A stretch of DNA of 62,170 nucleotides, filler included, from 3 parts of 3 records of this genome joined end to end with filler, not necessarily neighbours in it; one strand, 5' to 3'. Positions 29,713-40,467 are shown, numbered from the whole stretch's first letter. Program-made: numbers and translations. The notes: generated by a model not told the origin, from the letters alone.

Positions 29713-30065
29713 CAAGTTGCAATATATGGGTGGGGCCAAGATGATAACTTGGCCCGCCCCCGTCGTGCGGCTCATCTCGCATCTTTACCCGAGCGACAAT
29801 GCGTTACCGACTCCATGGTGTATCCTGAAGAATGCCGAGATCCAGTGTTATGAAACTGCATACTCATAAACTTTTTCATGGTTTACCCAAATATTACTTT
29901 TCAAAGTAGTAACGTAGTTTTCCCGACCATTAAGTACCCCCCTCCTTGTCATAAAGACCTAGAGAAAAAATGTAACTATTTATCCAGCCTGTTTGTACGC
30001 ATCTGGTGCGCTGCTGAACAGTTACGGAAAAAAAACAAAAACAGCGCATCACCACATTGTGGTTG

Positions 30066-30114
30066 CTGGTTGATATGCACCACCATAACTGGTTCATATC
30101 AACCAGTTATGGTG
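30066..30114. promoter_or_regulatory. Palindromic candidate operator/UAS
   Basis: CACCATAACTGGTT-catatc-AACCAGTTATGGTG (30081-30114) plus an upstream CTGGTTGATATG half-copy (30066-30077). Confidence 0.45.
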
Positions 30115-30189
30115 CAAATTAAATTTTCTCAATTTTCCCAACAAGCTATAGAGTCAACGAAATGTGGTTATCTCCGCTCTCTCAAAAAT

Positions 30190-30206
30190 CAGGTATAGCA
30201 CTTGCT
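30190..30206 (+). promoter_or_regulatory. Candidate sigma54 (-24/-12) promoter
   Basis: CAGGTATAGCACTTGCT = GG-N10-GC with TTGC. Confidence 0.5.
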
Positions 30207-30374
30207 TTCAGATGGACAAGCATATTTGAACAAATGCAATACCAAAAATTAAACCAATAAAATAAAGGTGATTAGGAGCGTATCACAAAACAGGGGGTAA
30301 TAATCTTTTTGGGAAACATGATAAGGCCTATGACATTGCTTGCTTTACTCTTAACATTTAAGGAGATCACTCAG

Positions 30375-32219
30375 ATGAAAAAATTGGGGAGTACAGGATT
30401 GTCTCTATCACTAATGGTGGCATTAACGTTCTTGTCCGGTTGTGTTGACGACCATACTAACAAAAAAAAATCAACGGATTACAACCAAAAAAAAGTAGTT
30501 ACCCTTGAACAAGGGTGGAATGATGAGCAACGATCGTCATTCTATACATTATCCCAGGGCTCGCAACTCATCCCCTACTCCTGGTTTTTGGCTTTGGAGC
30601 AAGCAGGCAGCACTACCTTATTTCGAGATACAAGTAATATCAAACGACTGGGGTACATCCCGCAGGACACAACATCTGGACATAATCCTGATGGCCTGCC
30701 CATTGGTTTTGTCAAAGATGACAATATGGAAGACTTTCTTTCTGTAGCGCTATCTTCCTCACGTTTGCAAGCTGATGCACAGAACACCGACAGGCCCTAT
30801 AAAGAGTGGTTAGGATTCACCTGTGCTGCCTGCCATACTTCAGAGATAGAGTACAATAACCACACCTTGCTAATAGACGGCGGCCCTCCTTTGTCGGATT
30901 TTCAAACGTTGATTACTGAGATGTCGCAAGCAGTAAAGGCGACGGTTGAAGATGATGAAAAATTAACCCGTTTCTCAAAAAAAGTCCTTGCCGAAGGTGG
31001 GTACAATGAAACAGAGAAACAACGTATCAAGTTAGAAGTAAATAATTACAGAAACTGGCTGGATAGCTATATCGCAATGAATTACAGCGACCTGGCAACC
31101 CCCTATGGTTACGGACGTCTGGACGCCTTTGGCTCAATCCTTAACATGGTGACAGGCAGTTTCATTGGGATAAAGAAAAATGCCAAGCCGTCAAACGCAC
31201 CGGTAAGTTATCCCTTCTTGTGGAACACTTCACAGCTCAGCTGGGTGCAGTGGAACGGTTCGGCAAACAACCATATCGGCAGAAATGTAGGTGAAGTATC
31301 CGGTGTTTTTGCCCACACCATTGTAAATACAACCAATGATGCCGATCGTTTTTATTCTTCAGCTAAAATCGATAATCTGGATCGGCTGGAACAGTTAATG
31401 AGTCAGCTGGACTCTCCTCAATGGGAATCACCAAATTCTCCCTTACCAGTCATTGATCAAGCCAAGGCTGCACAAGGCAAGGCTCTCTTTTCCCAAAACT
31501 GCCAGCAGTGCCACAACGTCCGCGACGAAAACGGACAATTTCCGATGACAGCTCCGAATCCTGTAGGCAAACAATTTATCAAAATAAACATGATCGCCCT
31601 TGATAAGATTGGCACAGATCCTCTGATGGCGATGAATTTTGTTAACCCTGCCTACGATGCAGACCCCGGAGCCATGCGGCCTTTTCTTCCCAAAGCACTA
31701 CAGAGCAAGGAAAGAGTTCCCAGAGGTGCGATGCTTACGTACCTTGTAAGAAACGTTATCGCGAAACAAGTCGCAGAAAAAAATCCGCCTAATCCACAAG
31801 AATGGCTGTTAGAGCTGTCAGGTGGTCACATACCTTCGGAAAAAGGAGGCCCTGCACCACCAAATCTTATCGCATATAAGGCACGACCATTAAACGGCAT
31901 CTGGGCTACGGCTCCTTATCTACACAACGGCTCGGTTGCGAGTCTCTATGAGATGCTGCTGCCTGAAGCCGAACGCCAGAAATCATTTTATGTTGGCAGT
32001 ACCAAGTTCGATACAGAAAGGGTGGGATTTGCTTCACACCAGGACGATACCAGCTACCTATATAGGACTGTTGATAATCAAGGTAAACCAATTCCTGGCA
32101 ATAGCAACTTGGGACACTCCGGTAAATTACACACCGAAACAAAAGGGGCGGATGGTCAATGGAGAACATACACCGACGCAGAACGCTACCAGCTGATTGA
32201 ATATTTAAAAACGCTCTGA
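30375..32219 (+). CDS. RoxA-like dihaem cytochrome c (peroxidase/oxygenase superfamily) lipoprotein
   Basis: AAGGAG RBS before ATG 30375; lipobox FLSGC; CAACH and CQQCH haem motifs; YKARPLNGIWATAPYLHNGSV; LIEYLKTL. Confidence 0.85.
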   Translation: MKKLGSTGLSLSLMVALTFLSGCVDDHTNKKKSTDYNQKKVVTLEQGWNDEQRSSFYTLSQGSQLIPYSWFLALEQAGSTTLFRDTSNIKRLGYIPQDTTSGHNPDGLPIGFVKDDNMEDFLSVALSSSRLQADAQNTDRPYKEWLGFTCAACHTSEIEYNNHTLLIDGGPPLSDFQTLITEMSQAVKATVEDDEKLTRFSKKVLAEGGYNETEKQRIKLEVNNYRNWLDSYIAMNYSDLATPYGYGRLDAFGSILNMVTGSFIGIKKNAKPSNAPVSYPFLWNTSQLSWVQWNGSANNHIGRNVGEVSGVFAHTIVNTTNDADRFYSSAKIDNLDRLEQLMSQLDSPQWESPNSPLPVIDQAKAAQGKALFSQNCQQCHNVRDENGQFPMTAPNPVGKQFIKINMIALDKIGTDPLMAMNFVNPAYDADPGAMRPFLPKALQSKERVPRGAMLTYLVRNVIAKQVAEKNPPNPQEWLLELSGGHIPSEKGGPAPPNLIAYKARPLNGIWATAPYLHNGSVASLYEMLLPEAERQKSFYVGSTKFDTERVGFASHQDDTSYLYRTVDNQGKPIPGNSNLGHSGKLHTETKGADGQWRTYTDAERYQLIEYLKTL

Positions 32220-32280
32220 TCGTTGTCATTCTTTATTTGGAGTTATTGCTGATAAGATGGACCGCACCGCGCTCCACCTG

Positions 32281-32315
32281 AACAGGGGTTGCAATCAGGG
32301 ATTGCAACCCCTGTT
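32281..32315. repeat. Perfect 16-bp intergenic hairpin
   Basis: AACAGGGGTTGCAATC-agg-GATTGCAACCCCTGTT. Confidence 0.7.
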
Positions 32316-32434
32316 ATACACTCCTCAGGCTTACAGTAGAAACAAAACTGCAGTCACTCAACAGATGCTGAAGGAGGAAGGCCAGGCACTCTAAGTTTAC
32401 AAATACCTCTACAATCCCTTATGAGGAAATCACC

Positions 32435-33703
32435 ATGCGCAAATCAACCTTTTCTACTCGTGCCCTGAAACTATTACTCGTAATTATCTTATTGCTATTT
32501 GCAGGTGGATGCACTGACACAAACAAAAATTCAGGGGCTGAAGCCGTTGAAAAAATCCCGCAAGGCGAAGCGGAGCAGATAGAGCACATTGCCAACCTGA
32601 CGCCAGAATTGCAGGATAAGCGTGCAGTGTTGCCAGAGCAGCATGGCAAGGTACTACGAGGGGTTCATCCAAAGGCCCATGGCTGTGTGCAGGCTGAATT
32701 TGTGATTAATGATGATATAAGCAAAGAATATAGGGTAGGTCTTTTCAAGCATCCAGGGAAAAAATATGACGCCCATATTCGTTTTTCCAACGCGTCAGTA
32801 AGGGTGGCCCATGACCTTGAAGGTGGAAAAAACGGTAGCCGCGGCATGGCCATCAAGGTGTATGACGTTAAAGGTGAGTTTTTAGTAGAGGATAATGGAA
32901 GGAAAAACCAGGATTTTCTGATGATCAACACCCCTGAATTTGCTTTTGCCAATGTGCGTAGCTATACTTTTTTAACCGACACGCTTAATGCATCTCACCA
33001 TGGTAATGATCCCAATAAACTTTTTGGCCTTGTCCTGATACTGGCAAAGGTAAACAAAACACCACCCCCCTTCCCTGTACCGCAGGCAGAAGACCTGGAG
33101 AAACTCAAAGCCATACTTGCCTCCCAGAACAATCAATTACCAGCAGGGTTTACCCTCAAAGATTTACAGGAACTCACGACTACACTGAATATCGTCGTTA
33201 CAAAAATACAAACACAAACAGTACGAAATCCGCTCCAGGTGCAGTACTTTGGTGCAGCTCCCTTTCTCTTTGGCCCAGATCGAGTAATGAAATTTTCTGC
33301 TGCTCCCCAACAGAAAGTAGAACAGAAAGCATTTACAACTGAACCAAGTGAAAATTATCTCCGGGAAGCCTTAGCCGAAACAATGTCAGGGAGTGAAGAG
33401 ATTATGTTTGATTTCAAAATTCAGGTCCGCAATACAGATGCTGATTTCGGCGAAGGGCAGGAGCTGATTGAAAACGCAACCACGACCTGGGACACAGCAA
33501 ATGTGAAAGAAGTAGACAACTATGTGAATGCAGCAAAAATTATTATAAAGGCTCCCCAGCAGACAATGACTGCTGTAGCTCAATCTCAATGTGAACAGCT
33601 GGCCTTCTCACCCTGGCATTCTTTATCTGCCCACCAACCGGTGGGGGGTATTAATCGTCTGCGAAAAGGTGTGTATATCAATTCCGAACTGCATCGAGAA
33701 TAG
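32435..33703 (+). CDS. Small catalase-related haem lipoprotein
   Basis: Lipobox FAGGC; RGVHPKAHG (distal His), RFSNA, RGMAIK, QDFLMIN, FSPWH, INRLRKGVY (proximal RxxxY). Confidence 0.85.
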   Translation: MRKSTFSTRALKLLLVIILLLFAGGCTDTNKNSGAEAVEKIPQGEAEQIEHIANLTPELQDKRAVLPEQHGKVLRGVHPKAHGCVQAEFVINDDISKEYRVGLFKHPGKKYDAHIRFSNASVRVAHDLEGGKNGSRGMAIKVYDVKGEFLVEDNGRKNQDFLMINTPEFAFANVRSYTFLTDTLNASHHGNDPNKLFGLVLILAKVNKTPPPFPVPQAEDLEKLKAILASQNNQLPAGFTLKDLQELTTTLNIVVTKIQTQTVRNPLQVQYFGAAPFLFGPDRVMKFSAAPQQKVEQKAFTTEPSENYLREALAETMSGSEEIMFDFKIQVRNTDADFGEGQELIENATTTWDTANVKEVDNYVNAAKIIIKAPQQTMTAVAQSQCEQLAFSPWHSLSAHQPVGGINRLRKGVYINSELHRE

Positions 33704-34069
33704 AAAACGTCAGTTACCTATTCAAATCTGCTAAACGCAATAACGATGGCTAAGGAACAGCAAGCAGAAACCCCTTAGGGTGTTGCTGTTTGCATTGTTC
33801 CTTAGCCGGTATTCATTTCTCAACCGGAAAACACCTTACTCCATTTCGCCACGTTGTGGTTTCCGTCCCTGTACTGGCGGCCAAAAAGATCATGGCCCTC
33901 GCCCTTGGGTTGCATTTTTCCATTGGTATAACAGCTTCTTTCGAGATACATTGACAATTGACTTGGTCCAGCTGATTTTATAACCGGGCTGATTCATGCA
34001 GGTTGGAGAATTGTTATAAATCAACAATAATGAGTTGCAATGCATGGCAACAATACACAGAGGGCGATC

Positions 34070-34888
34070 ATGTTTTTTTCAGTTGATTATTCGAAATGTA
34101 ACCAGGACGGTCTTTGCGCACTCGAATGTCCAGCCAAGATCATCGAGATGGATGATCAAGGCCCCGTGGCTATTGAGGGGACTGAAGATACGTGCATACA
34201 ATGCGGGCACTGTGTTGCGATATGCCCAGAGGCCGCTCTTACACTGGACTTCCTCTCACCAGAGTCATGCAGAGAAGTGGACGAGAAGCTGCAATTAACA
34301 CCTGACCATGTTGAGCATTTTTTGAGATCAAGGCGATCCATCAGGACCTATCGAAAAAAGGAGGTTCCACCAGATGTGCTGGAAAAATGCCTCTCTCTAG
34401 CTGCTGCAGCTCCGACAGGGAGCAACAGGCAGTCGGTTAAATGGCTTGTAGTGCATAAGAAAAAGGATGTGCAGTCTATAGCTGCGCATGTCATTGATTG
34501 GATGCGGCACGTTCTCACCCATGCTCCTGAACTTGCTGCTCGTCTCAATATGGAAAAACTGATTGAGGCATGGGAAGCAAAAGTTGATAGAATTTGCAGG
34601 GATGCCCCTCATCTCATTTTTGCGTATGCGTTAAAAGAAAACGGTATAGCCAAGGCAGATTGTGATACGGCAATCGCTTATCTGGAACTTGCTCTCCCCT
34701 CCTTTGGGTTAGGCAGTTGCTGGGCAGGGTATGTGACGGTTGCGGCTAATCAGTGGCCACCACTTGCCGCATTTCTTGGTGTGCAAGATGAATACTTAAT
34801 ACATGGTGCTGTTATGGCGGGGTATCCTAAATTTGCCTACAAGCGAATACCGGAGAGGAATAAGGCAGACATCGTCTTCTTTAAATAG
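34070..34888 (+). CDS. Nitroreductase family protein with N-terminal 4Fe-4S ferredoxin domain
   Basis: CNQDGLCALECP, CIQCGHCVAICP, RRSIR, APTGSN, GLGSCWAG. Confidence 0.9.
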   Translation: MFFSVDYSKCNQDGLCALECPAKIIEMDDQGPVAIEGTEDTCIQCGHCVAICPEAALTLDFLSPESCREVDEKLQLTPDHVEHFLRSRRSIRTYRKKEVPPDVLEKCLSLAAAAPTGSNRQSVKWLVVHKKKDVQSIAAHVIDWMRHVLTHAPELAARLNMEKLIEAWEAKVDRICRDAPHLIFAYALKENGIAKADCDTAIAYLELALPSFGLGSCWAGYVTVAANQWPPLAAFLGVQDEYLIHGAVMAGYPKFAYKRIPERNKADIVFFK

Positions 34889-35014
34889 CCAGCGAGAGTG
34901 AAAAATAACTGCACCGAAGAAAGGGATACTTTTAATCTATCCCCTCCATGACGATTGACTGTAAAAGTAGTACAATGTCGATCGTAAATTTGACCTACAA
35001 AATGCAGAGGATCC

Positions 35015-35257
35015 ATGGCTGAGTATACCGAAATGAAATGTCCGGAATGTGGCCAACAGTTACGGTTTCCAAAAGACATTGGGGGAATGCTTATGGCCTG
35101 CCCTTCATGTGGGCAAAAGTTTTCTTCAGACTTTAAACTGGGTAACGCCAAGGGAAACGCACCTCAAGCAAACGCTCCGCAAGGAATAGTAATAACAGTC
35201 TTTGAAATGCCGTATAAGATAATGAGCAAGTTGGCCCGGTTTTTTCTTTCTAAATAA
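35015..35257 (+). CDS. Small zinc-ribbon protein
   Basis: GAGG RBS; CPEC...CPSC. Confidence 0.7.
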   Translation: MAEYTEMKCPECGQQLRFPKDIGGMLMACPSCGQKFSSDFKLGNAKGNAPQANAPQGIVITVFEMPYKIMSKLARFFLSK

Positions 35258-35333
35258 TTAGGGCACCTTACATAGTAACCACCAATTGTTGACGACCGCT
35301 ATACTTGTAAGAGAGGTTACCAAGGGGACTACA

Positions 35334-35930
35334 ATGAAACAATTAGCCTGTATGGGAGACAGCATCACCGAGGGAGCTGACTTTGTTAAAGGCCACACCT
35401 GGCCATCTCTTGTTGGTAACGCATGTGCCCTGGATGTTACAAATTTCGGTATCGGCGGTGATACCACCCAAGGGATGCTTTCCCGGTTTTACCCGGAAGT
35501 GATACAGCTCAAACCCGACTATGTATTTATTATGGGCGGGACAAACGATCTGTGGTGGGATTGGGAGATGAAAACAATCCTGGGAAACATATTTTCAATG
35601 AGTTTTCAGGCAAGATATCATGACATCACCCCTATCATTGGCCTGCCGATACCTGTTGATGTGGAATCTGCCCAAAAAGTTGATTTTTCCGGTCCACTGC
35701 AAGGATATGAAAAACTAGTAGAAACACTTGCTGAGCTAATTGAAAAACTTACAACCTATGCCACCGGCAGTGAAATACCTGTGGTAGATGTACACCGACC
35801 TTTCCTGGGTGACGATCAAAAAGCCAAGAGCAGCATGTTTCTTGATGACGGCCTCCACCCTAATCAGAAAGGGCACCAGCTGATTGCAGACAGTATCACC
35901 GGCTCCTTGAGAGAAGTATTTCGATTGTAA
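35334..35930 (+). CDS. SGNH/GDSL hydrolase
   Basis: GDSITEG, GIGGDTT, GGTND, DGLHP. Confidence 0.9.
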   Translation: MKQLACMGDSITEGADFVKGHTWPSLVGNACALDVTNFGIGGDTTQGMLSRFYPEVIQLKPDYVFIMGGTNDLWWDWEMKTILGNIFSMSFQARYHDITPIIGLPIPVDVESAQKVDFSGPLQGYEKLVETLAELIEKLTTYATGSEIPVVDVHRPFLGDDQKAKSSMFLDDGLHPNQKGHQLIADSITGSLREVFRL

Positions 35931-35942
35931 AATAGTTTAATC

Positions 35943-36701
35943 ATGAATCACACAATTCCACATAAAATCATCAAATTGATGGCCCCTGTTGCAGAAGGCC
36001 ATACGGTAGCCGATGTACGCATTGGGTTAGTGTATACAAGTGTACGCCTTGATAACGGCAACACAGGCGTTGCATGGACCGGTCAAAAAAGTTCTGGAGG
36101 CTGCGGCCAGCAACCAAAAGCAGGCTCACTTGTTGGCAGACCGGCCAGAGAGCTTCTCCAGATGCTGGACGTTGCCGAGAGCCCCCTTTCCAAAACAATC
36201 GGCCTTGCCACGGCCAATGCTCTTACAGCAGATGTCCACCAGCCAAACACCGTTACAGATGAGATTTTAAAACTTATTGATATTCAACCACCGGAACATG
36301 TCGCCATGGTAGGTTTTTTTGGCCCTTTGGTACCGCGACTGCGCCAAACCGGTTGCCGTCTGGATATCCAGGAACTAAAAAGTGACAAACCCGGCACCAT
36401 TTCTCCTAATGAGGGCCGCTCCTCTCTGGCCACATGCGATGTAGCCCTTATCACGGCCACATCTATAGTGACCGACACCATGGATGTATTGCTCGCCGAT
36501 CTCGGCAATGCCCGTGCCGCAGTCATTCTTGGCCCATCGACTTTCATGCATCCAGAGGTTTTCTCGGGGACACCGGTAACCCATATTGCAGGGGCCAGGG
36601 TACAAGACTCGTCAGCAGTGGAAAGGATTATTTCTGAAGGTGGTGGAACAAAGGTTCTGAAAAAGCATATGCAGTTTGAAACCATCTGTCTTCATTCCTA
36701 A
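35943..36701 (+). CDS. DUF364 / Rossmann-like putative heavy-metal chelation protein
   Basis: IGLATANA, MVGFFGP, ITATSIV, LGPST. Confidence 0.8.
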   Translation: MNHTIPHKIIKLMAPVAEGHTVADVRIGLVYTSVRLDNGNTGVAWTGQKSSGGCGQQPKAGSLVGRPARELLQMLDVAESPLSKTIGLATANALTADVHQPNTVTDEILKLIDIQPPEHVAMVGFFGPLVPRLRQTGCRLDIQELKSDKPGTISPNEGRSSLATCDVALITATSIVTDTMDVLLADLGNARAAVILGPSTFMHPEVFSGTPVTHIAGARVQDSSAVERIISEGGGTKVLKKHMQFETICLHS

Positions 36702-36870
36702 AGATTGCCCACATACTGCTCAGTAACCTTATCAGAAACACCACTCTTGATCAGCAAAGATGGACAGGACAAATAGACACTTGCATGGTATAGTATACGT
36801 TTTTTCCCAGATCAAATATGGCGTCATCTTTCTCAAAAACTATAAACAACCAACTTACGATTACTGAACA

Positions 36871-38163
36871 ATGAACTTTATCGAAGAATTGACATGGCGC
36901 GGCATGATCCACGACATGAAGCCCGGAACCGAAGAACAACTCCAAAAAGAGATGACATCAGCCTATATTGGAATTGATCCTACAGCTGATTCGCTCCATA
37001 TTGGTCACCTGGTAAGCGTGATGATGCTCAAGCATTTCCAAATTGCCGGTCACAAACCATTAGCGCTTGTCGGCGGTGCAACCGGGATGATCGGTGATCC
37101 GTCTGGAAAATCGTTAGAGCGCAACCTGCTCGACGAGAAAACCCTCCGTCACAACCAGGAATGCTTAAAGAAACAGCTCGCTAAATTTCTTGATTTTGAA
37201 TCAGACGCACCCAATGCCGCTGAGCTGGTAAATAATTACGACTGGATGAAAGACTTCAGCTTTTTGGAGTTTATCCGCGATATCGGCAAGCATATTACCG
37301 TAAACTATATGATGGCCAAGGACAGCGTGAAATCACGTTTGGGCGAAGATGCCAAGATGGGTATGTCCTTTACTGAATTTTCCTACCAGTTGGTTCAGGG
37401 AACCGATTTTTTGCATCTGTACAAAGAAAAGAACTGCAAATTACAGATGGGCGGGTCCGACCAGTGGGGAAACATCACCACCGGCACAGAGCTTATCCGC
37501 CGTAAAGAAAGCGGCGACGCCTTTGCCCTTACATGCCCGCTGATAACTAAAGCTGATGGCGGTAAATTTGGAAAGACAGAAAGCGGTAATATCTGGCTTG
37601 ATCCTAAACTGACCACACCCTACAAATTTTACCAGTTTTGGCTCAATGTGTCAGATACCGATGCAGAAAAGTACATTAAAATATTCACCCTGCTCAGTAA
37701 AGAAGAAGTGAGTGAGCTAGTAAAAGAGCAGGAGGCTGCGCCACATCTTCGACCATTGCAGAAACGGTTGGCAAGAGAAGTTACCTGCATGGTTCATGAC
37801 GAAGAAGAGTACGAGAAAGCAGTGGAAGCCTCACAGATCCTTTTTGGAAAAGCAACGGCTGAAAGCCTGGCAAAGCTGGATAAAGAAACGTTTCTTGCAG
37901 TATTTGAAGGAGTGCCTACTTTTGAAATTAAACGTGCTAAACTCGCGGCCGGCGTGCAGATCATTGAATTACTCGCTGCTGAAACCGCCATTTTCCCGAG
38001 TAAAGGCGAAGCACGCCGTACGATAAAAGGGAATGGTCTCAGCCTAAACAAAGCAAAGGTGACTGATCAGGAATACTCGGTTACCACATCGGACCTGATC
38101 AGTGAAACATACGTACTGGTGCAGAAAGGCAAGAAAAATTATTATATTATCGAAGCGGTGTAA
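36871..38163 (+). CDS. tyrS: Tyrosyl-tRNA synthetase (Bacteroidota-type)
   Basis: [27 protein letters not shown]-terminal S4-like domain. Confidence 0.97.
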   Translation: MNFIEELTWRGMIHDMKPGTEEQLQKEMTSAYIGIDPTADSLHIGHLVSVMMLKHFQIAGHKPLALVGGATGMIGDPSGKSLERNLLDEKTLRHNQECLKKQLAKFLDFESDAPNAAELVNNYDWMKDFSFLEFIRDIGKHITVNYMMAKDSVKSRLGEDAKMGMSFTEFSYQLVQGTDFLHLYKEKNCKLQMGGSDQWGNITTGTELIRRKESGDAFALTCPLITKADGGKFGKTESGNIWLDPKLTTPYKFYQFWLNVSDTDAEKYIKIFTLLSKEEVSELVKEQEAAPHLRPLQKRLAREVTCMVHDEEEYEKAVEASQILFGKATAESLAKLDKETFLAVFEGVPTFEIKRAKLAAGVQIIELLAAETAIFPSKGEARRTIKGNGLSLNKAKVTDQEYSVTTSDLISETYVLVQKGKKNYYIIEAV

Positions 38164-38178
38164 CCAGCTTGAGCCTTT

Positions 38179-38214
38179 TAAGAGAGCTGCTTAAATGTGC
38201 AGCTCTCTTATTTG
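38179..38214 (+). terminator. Terminator hairpin after tyrS
   Basis: TAAGAGAGCTGC-ttaaatgt-GCAGCTCTCTTA-TTT. Confidence 0.7.
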
Positions 38215-38325
38215 CTAATACTGCTGTGTTCCCCCACCAGCAGTCCCAGGAAGATAGCCCTATCTCGAATAAATACACCTCACGCTTGTCAGGCCTGACA
38301 ACTTGAAATACTATAAGGAATACCA

Positions 38326-38691
38326 ATGAATATTGCCATAACAGCAGACGACTCTACACTGGACAGCACCGTTTTCCATGAATTTGCCAGGACACCTTAC
38401 CTGCTCATTGTTAATGTTGAAACCATGGCATGCACCCCCATCGCGCATACCTGCAGTCCCGGCTCAGATGAGGAGCTTGCCCAGACTATTTTGAAACACA
38501 GGTGTGAAGCTGTCATTACCGGTGAGCTGGAGGAAAAAGCCTTTAACGTGCTGGCAGATGACGGTATAACCCGCTATGCTGCTGCAGATATTTCAGCACG
38601 CGAGTCCCTGGAAAAAATGGACAAAAGACAGTTGGAGTTTATCCGCAACCCTGAAGGCACATCTATCTGCTCAGGCGATCACCATCATTAA
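38326..38691 (+). CDS. NifB/NifX (dinitrogenase FeMo-cofactor) family protein
   Basis: MNIAIT..., FARTPYLLIVN, AVITG, His-rich C-terminus. Confidence 0.75.
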   Translation: MNIAITADDSTLDSTVFHEFARTPYLLIVNVETMACTPIAHTCSPGSDEELAQTILKHRCEAVITGELEEKAFNVLADDGITRYAAADISARESLEKMDKRQLEFIRNPEGTSICSGDHHH

Positions 38692-38838
38692 TAACCACCC
38701 GTACTTAAAACAGAGCTAAACAGCAGCATCCCAAATGAAAATCACAACTGTAACAAGGGATGCTCACTGCGGTTGAGCTGCTATATCGAAAATATTATAG
38801 CCCGAAGACTAACTTCCTGTCAGGCAGCGTGAAATGTT

Positions 38839-39744
38839 ATGCGTGATGCATCATTGATACTTTCCAGGGCTTGTTATTTTTGCCTGTTGCTTATTGGGTT
38901 GACTGCTCTTCTGCTTTTTACCAGCTGCGCTTCCATAGCCCCCACAGAAAGACTTTTCCTTGGTCAGAATAATAGTTTGCTGACTGTCATGGACGGCACC
39001 TGTAATGAAACCAACCTTCTGCCTGTGAGCCGGTTGGAATTTGATGCGCAAGATGCATTGGATCCCAATACAATTTCTCTTCTTGGTTGGAATATATATA
39101 AAGGGCAAAGGGAAGGCTGGGAAAAGGATTTACTGAAATTCAGTACACAGGCAGACATTATTCTGCTGCAGGAAGCATTATTAAACGATGGATTAAAGCA
39201 GGTGTTCGATGATCAGGAAATGTACTGGAGCCTTAACAATGCCTTTAGATATAAAGGCAGGGAGGCTGGGGTATTAATTGCCTCAAAGGTTCAGCCACTA
39301 AGTCAGTGTGGTATGCGACATCCGGAGCCAATTATGGTTATCCCGAAAACAATGCTGATCAGTCGCTTCAGTATTCAGGGAACCACTGAAGAACTCTTGG
39401 TAGCGAATATCCACGGCATTAATTTTTCCACAGGGCTTGGAAGCTATCAGGAACAATTTGCATCCTTGAGAGAGATCCTGCAGCATCACCAGGGCCCTCT
39501 TATACTGGCAGGTGATTTCAATAACTGGAGCAAAGGTCGAACCGAGGTTATAAAGCAATTTGCAGAGGCACTTTCTTTAAAGGCGTTGGCCTTTGCAGAA
39601 GGTAACAAAACACTGTTCCTGGGGCAACCGCTTGATCATATTTTTTACCGCGGCCTTATACCTGTTACAGCAAGTGTTCACTCTGTAAAGACTTCAGATC
39701 ATAACCCCATGGTCGTTACTTTCAAATTCCCCCAACACAGATAA
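38839..39744 (+). CDS. Endonuclease/exonuclease/phosphatase family protein (YafD-like)
   Basis: WNIYK, LLQEA, NIHGINF, AGDFNNWS, LDHIFYRG, SDHNP. Confidence 0.9.
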   Translation: MRDASLILSRACYFCLLLIGLTALLLFTSCASIAPTERLFLGQNNSLLTVMDGTCNETNLLPVSRLEFDAQDALDPNTISLLGWNIYKGQREGWEKDLLKFSTQADIILLQEALLNDGLKQVFDDQEMYWSLNNAFRYKGREAGVLIASKVQPLSQCGMRHPEPIMVIPKTMLISRFSIQGTTEELLVANIHGINFSTGLGSYQEQFASLREILQHHQGPLILAGDFNNWSKGRTEVIKQFAEALSLKALAFAEGNKTLFLGQPLDHIFYRGLIPVTASVHSVKTSDHNPMVVTFKFPQHR

Positions 39745-39764
39745 TTGCGAGGTGAAAAAGTACT

Positions 39765-40145
39765 ATGCGTTATGTTGTCGCTGCTTTGGTCTTTTGCCAG
39801 CCCATTTTATTCTCTCATGTTTCCTGGGCAGATGAGCATGAAATTCAATACCTGCTTACCGCTATTTCAAAAAGCGAATGCACCTTTCAAAGAAATGGCA
39901 AACAATACCAGGGGCCAAAGGCCTCCAGTCATTTACAGAGGAAATATTCGCACGTTAAAAAGCGCATTCATACGACAGAAGATTTTATAGATAAGGTCGC
40001 AACAAAGAGCAGTATATCAGGAAGAAAATATGAGGTGAACTGTACGGGAACTGCTCAACCAACAGGCAGCTGGTTGCATGATATACTGTCCGATTACCGA
40101 GAGGAAAAGCAAAAAAAGAGACTACATACTAAACCGGCTTCATGA
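39765..40145 (+). CDS. YfeK/DUF5329-like secreted protein
   Basis: Signal peptide; SECTFQRNG, HLQRKY, FIDKVATKSSISGRKY. Confidence 0.75.
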   Translation: MRYVVAALVFCQPILFSHVSWADEHEIQYLLTAISKSECTFQRNGKQYQGPKASSHLQRKYSHVKKRIHTTEDFIDKVATKSSISGRKYEVNCTGTAQPTGSWLHDILSDYREEKQKKRLHTKPAS

Positions 40146-40467
40146 ATCGTATCAATGTGTGGAGGCTCAAACTTGATCTGACAAACCCTATAAATTGGTT
40201 CAATGAAAGACGATTAACATAATTCTTGGTAAGTACGCTTTTTAGCAGCGTTACCCCTCCTGCTTATTTGTTTTTATTATGTAGCCATGTAGTTTGCGCT
40301 TCAACTTATGGATATGATCTATCCATGAATTTCTGCGGAAAAACATCCCCAAAAGCGTTCCTTCTGTACGCTTTACATTTCCTCTTGTCATTCAGGTATA
40401 CACCTAATGCTAACATCGATCCTGACCCGCTGTCTTTCATTTTGTGCAACTCTTCATCTCATCAGGA

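Noticed and set aside
29878-30198. 106-aa ORF upstream of the dihaem gene
   Set aside because: Overlaps the palindrome/promoter region; composition is not protein-like.
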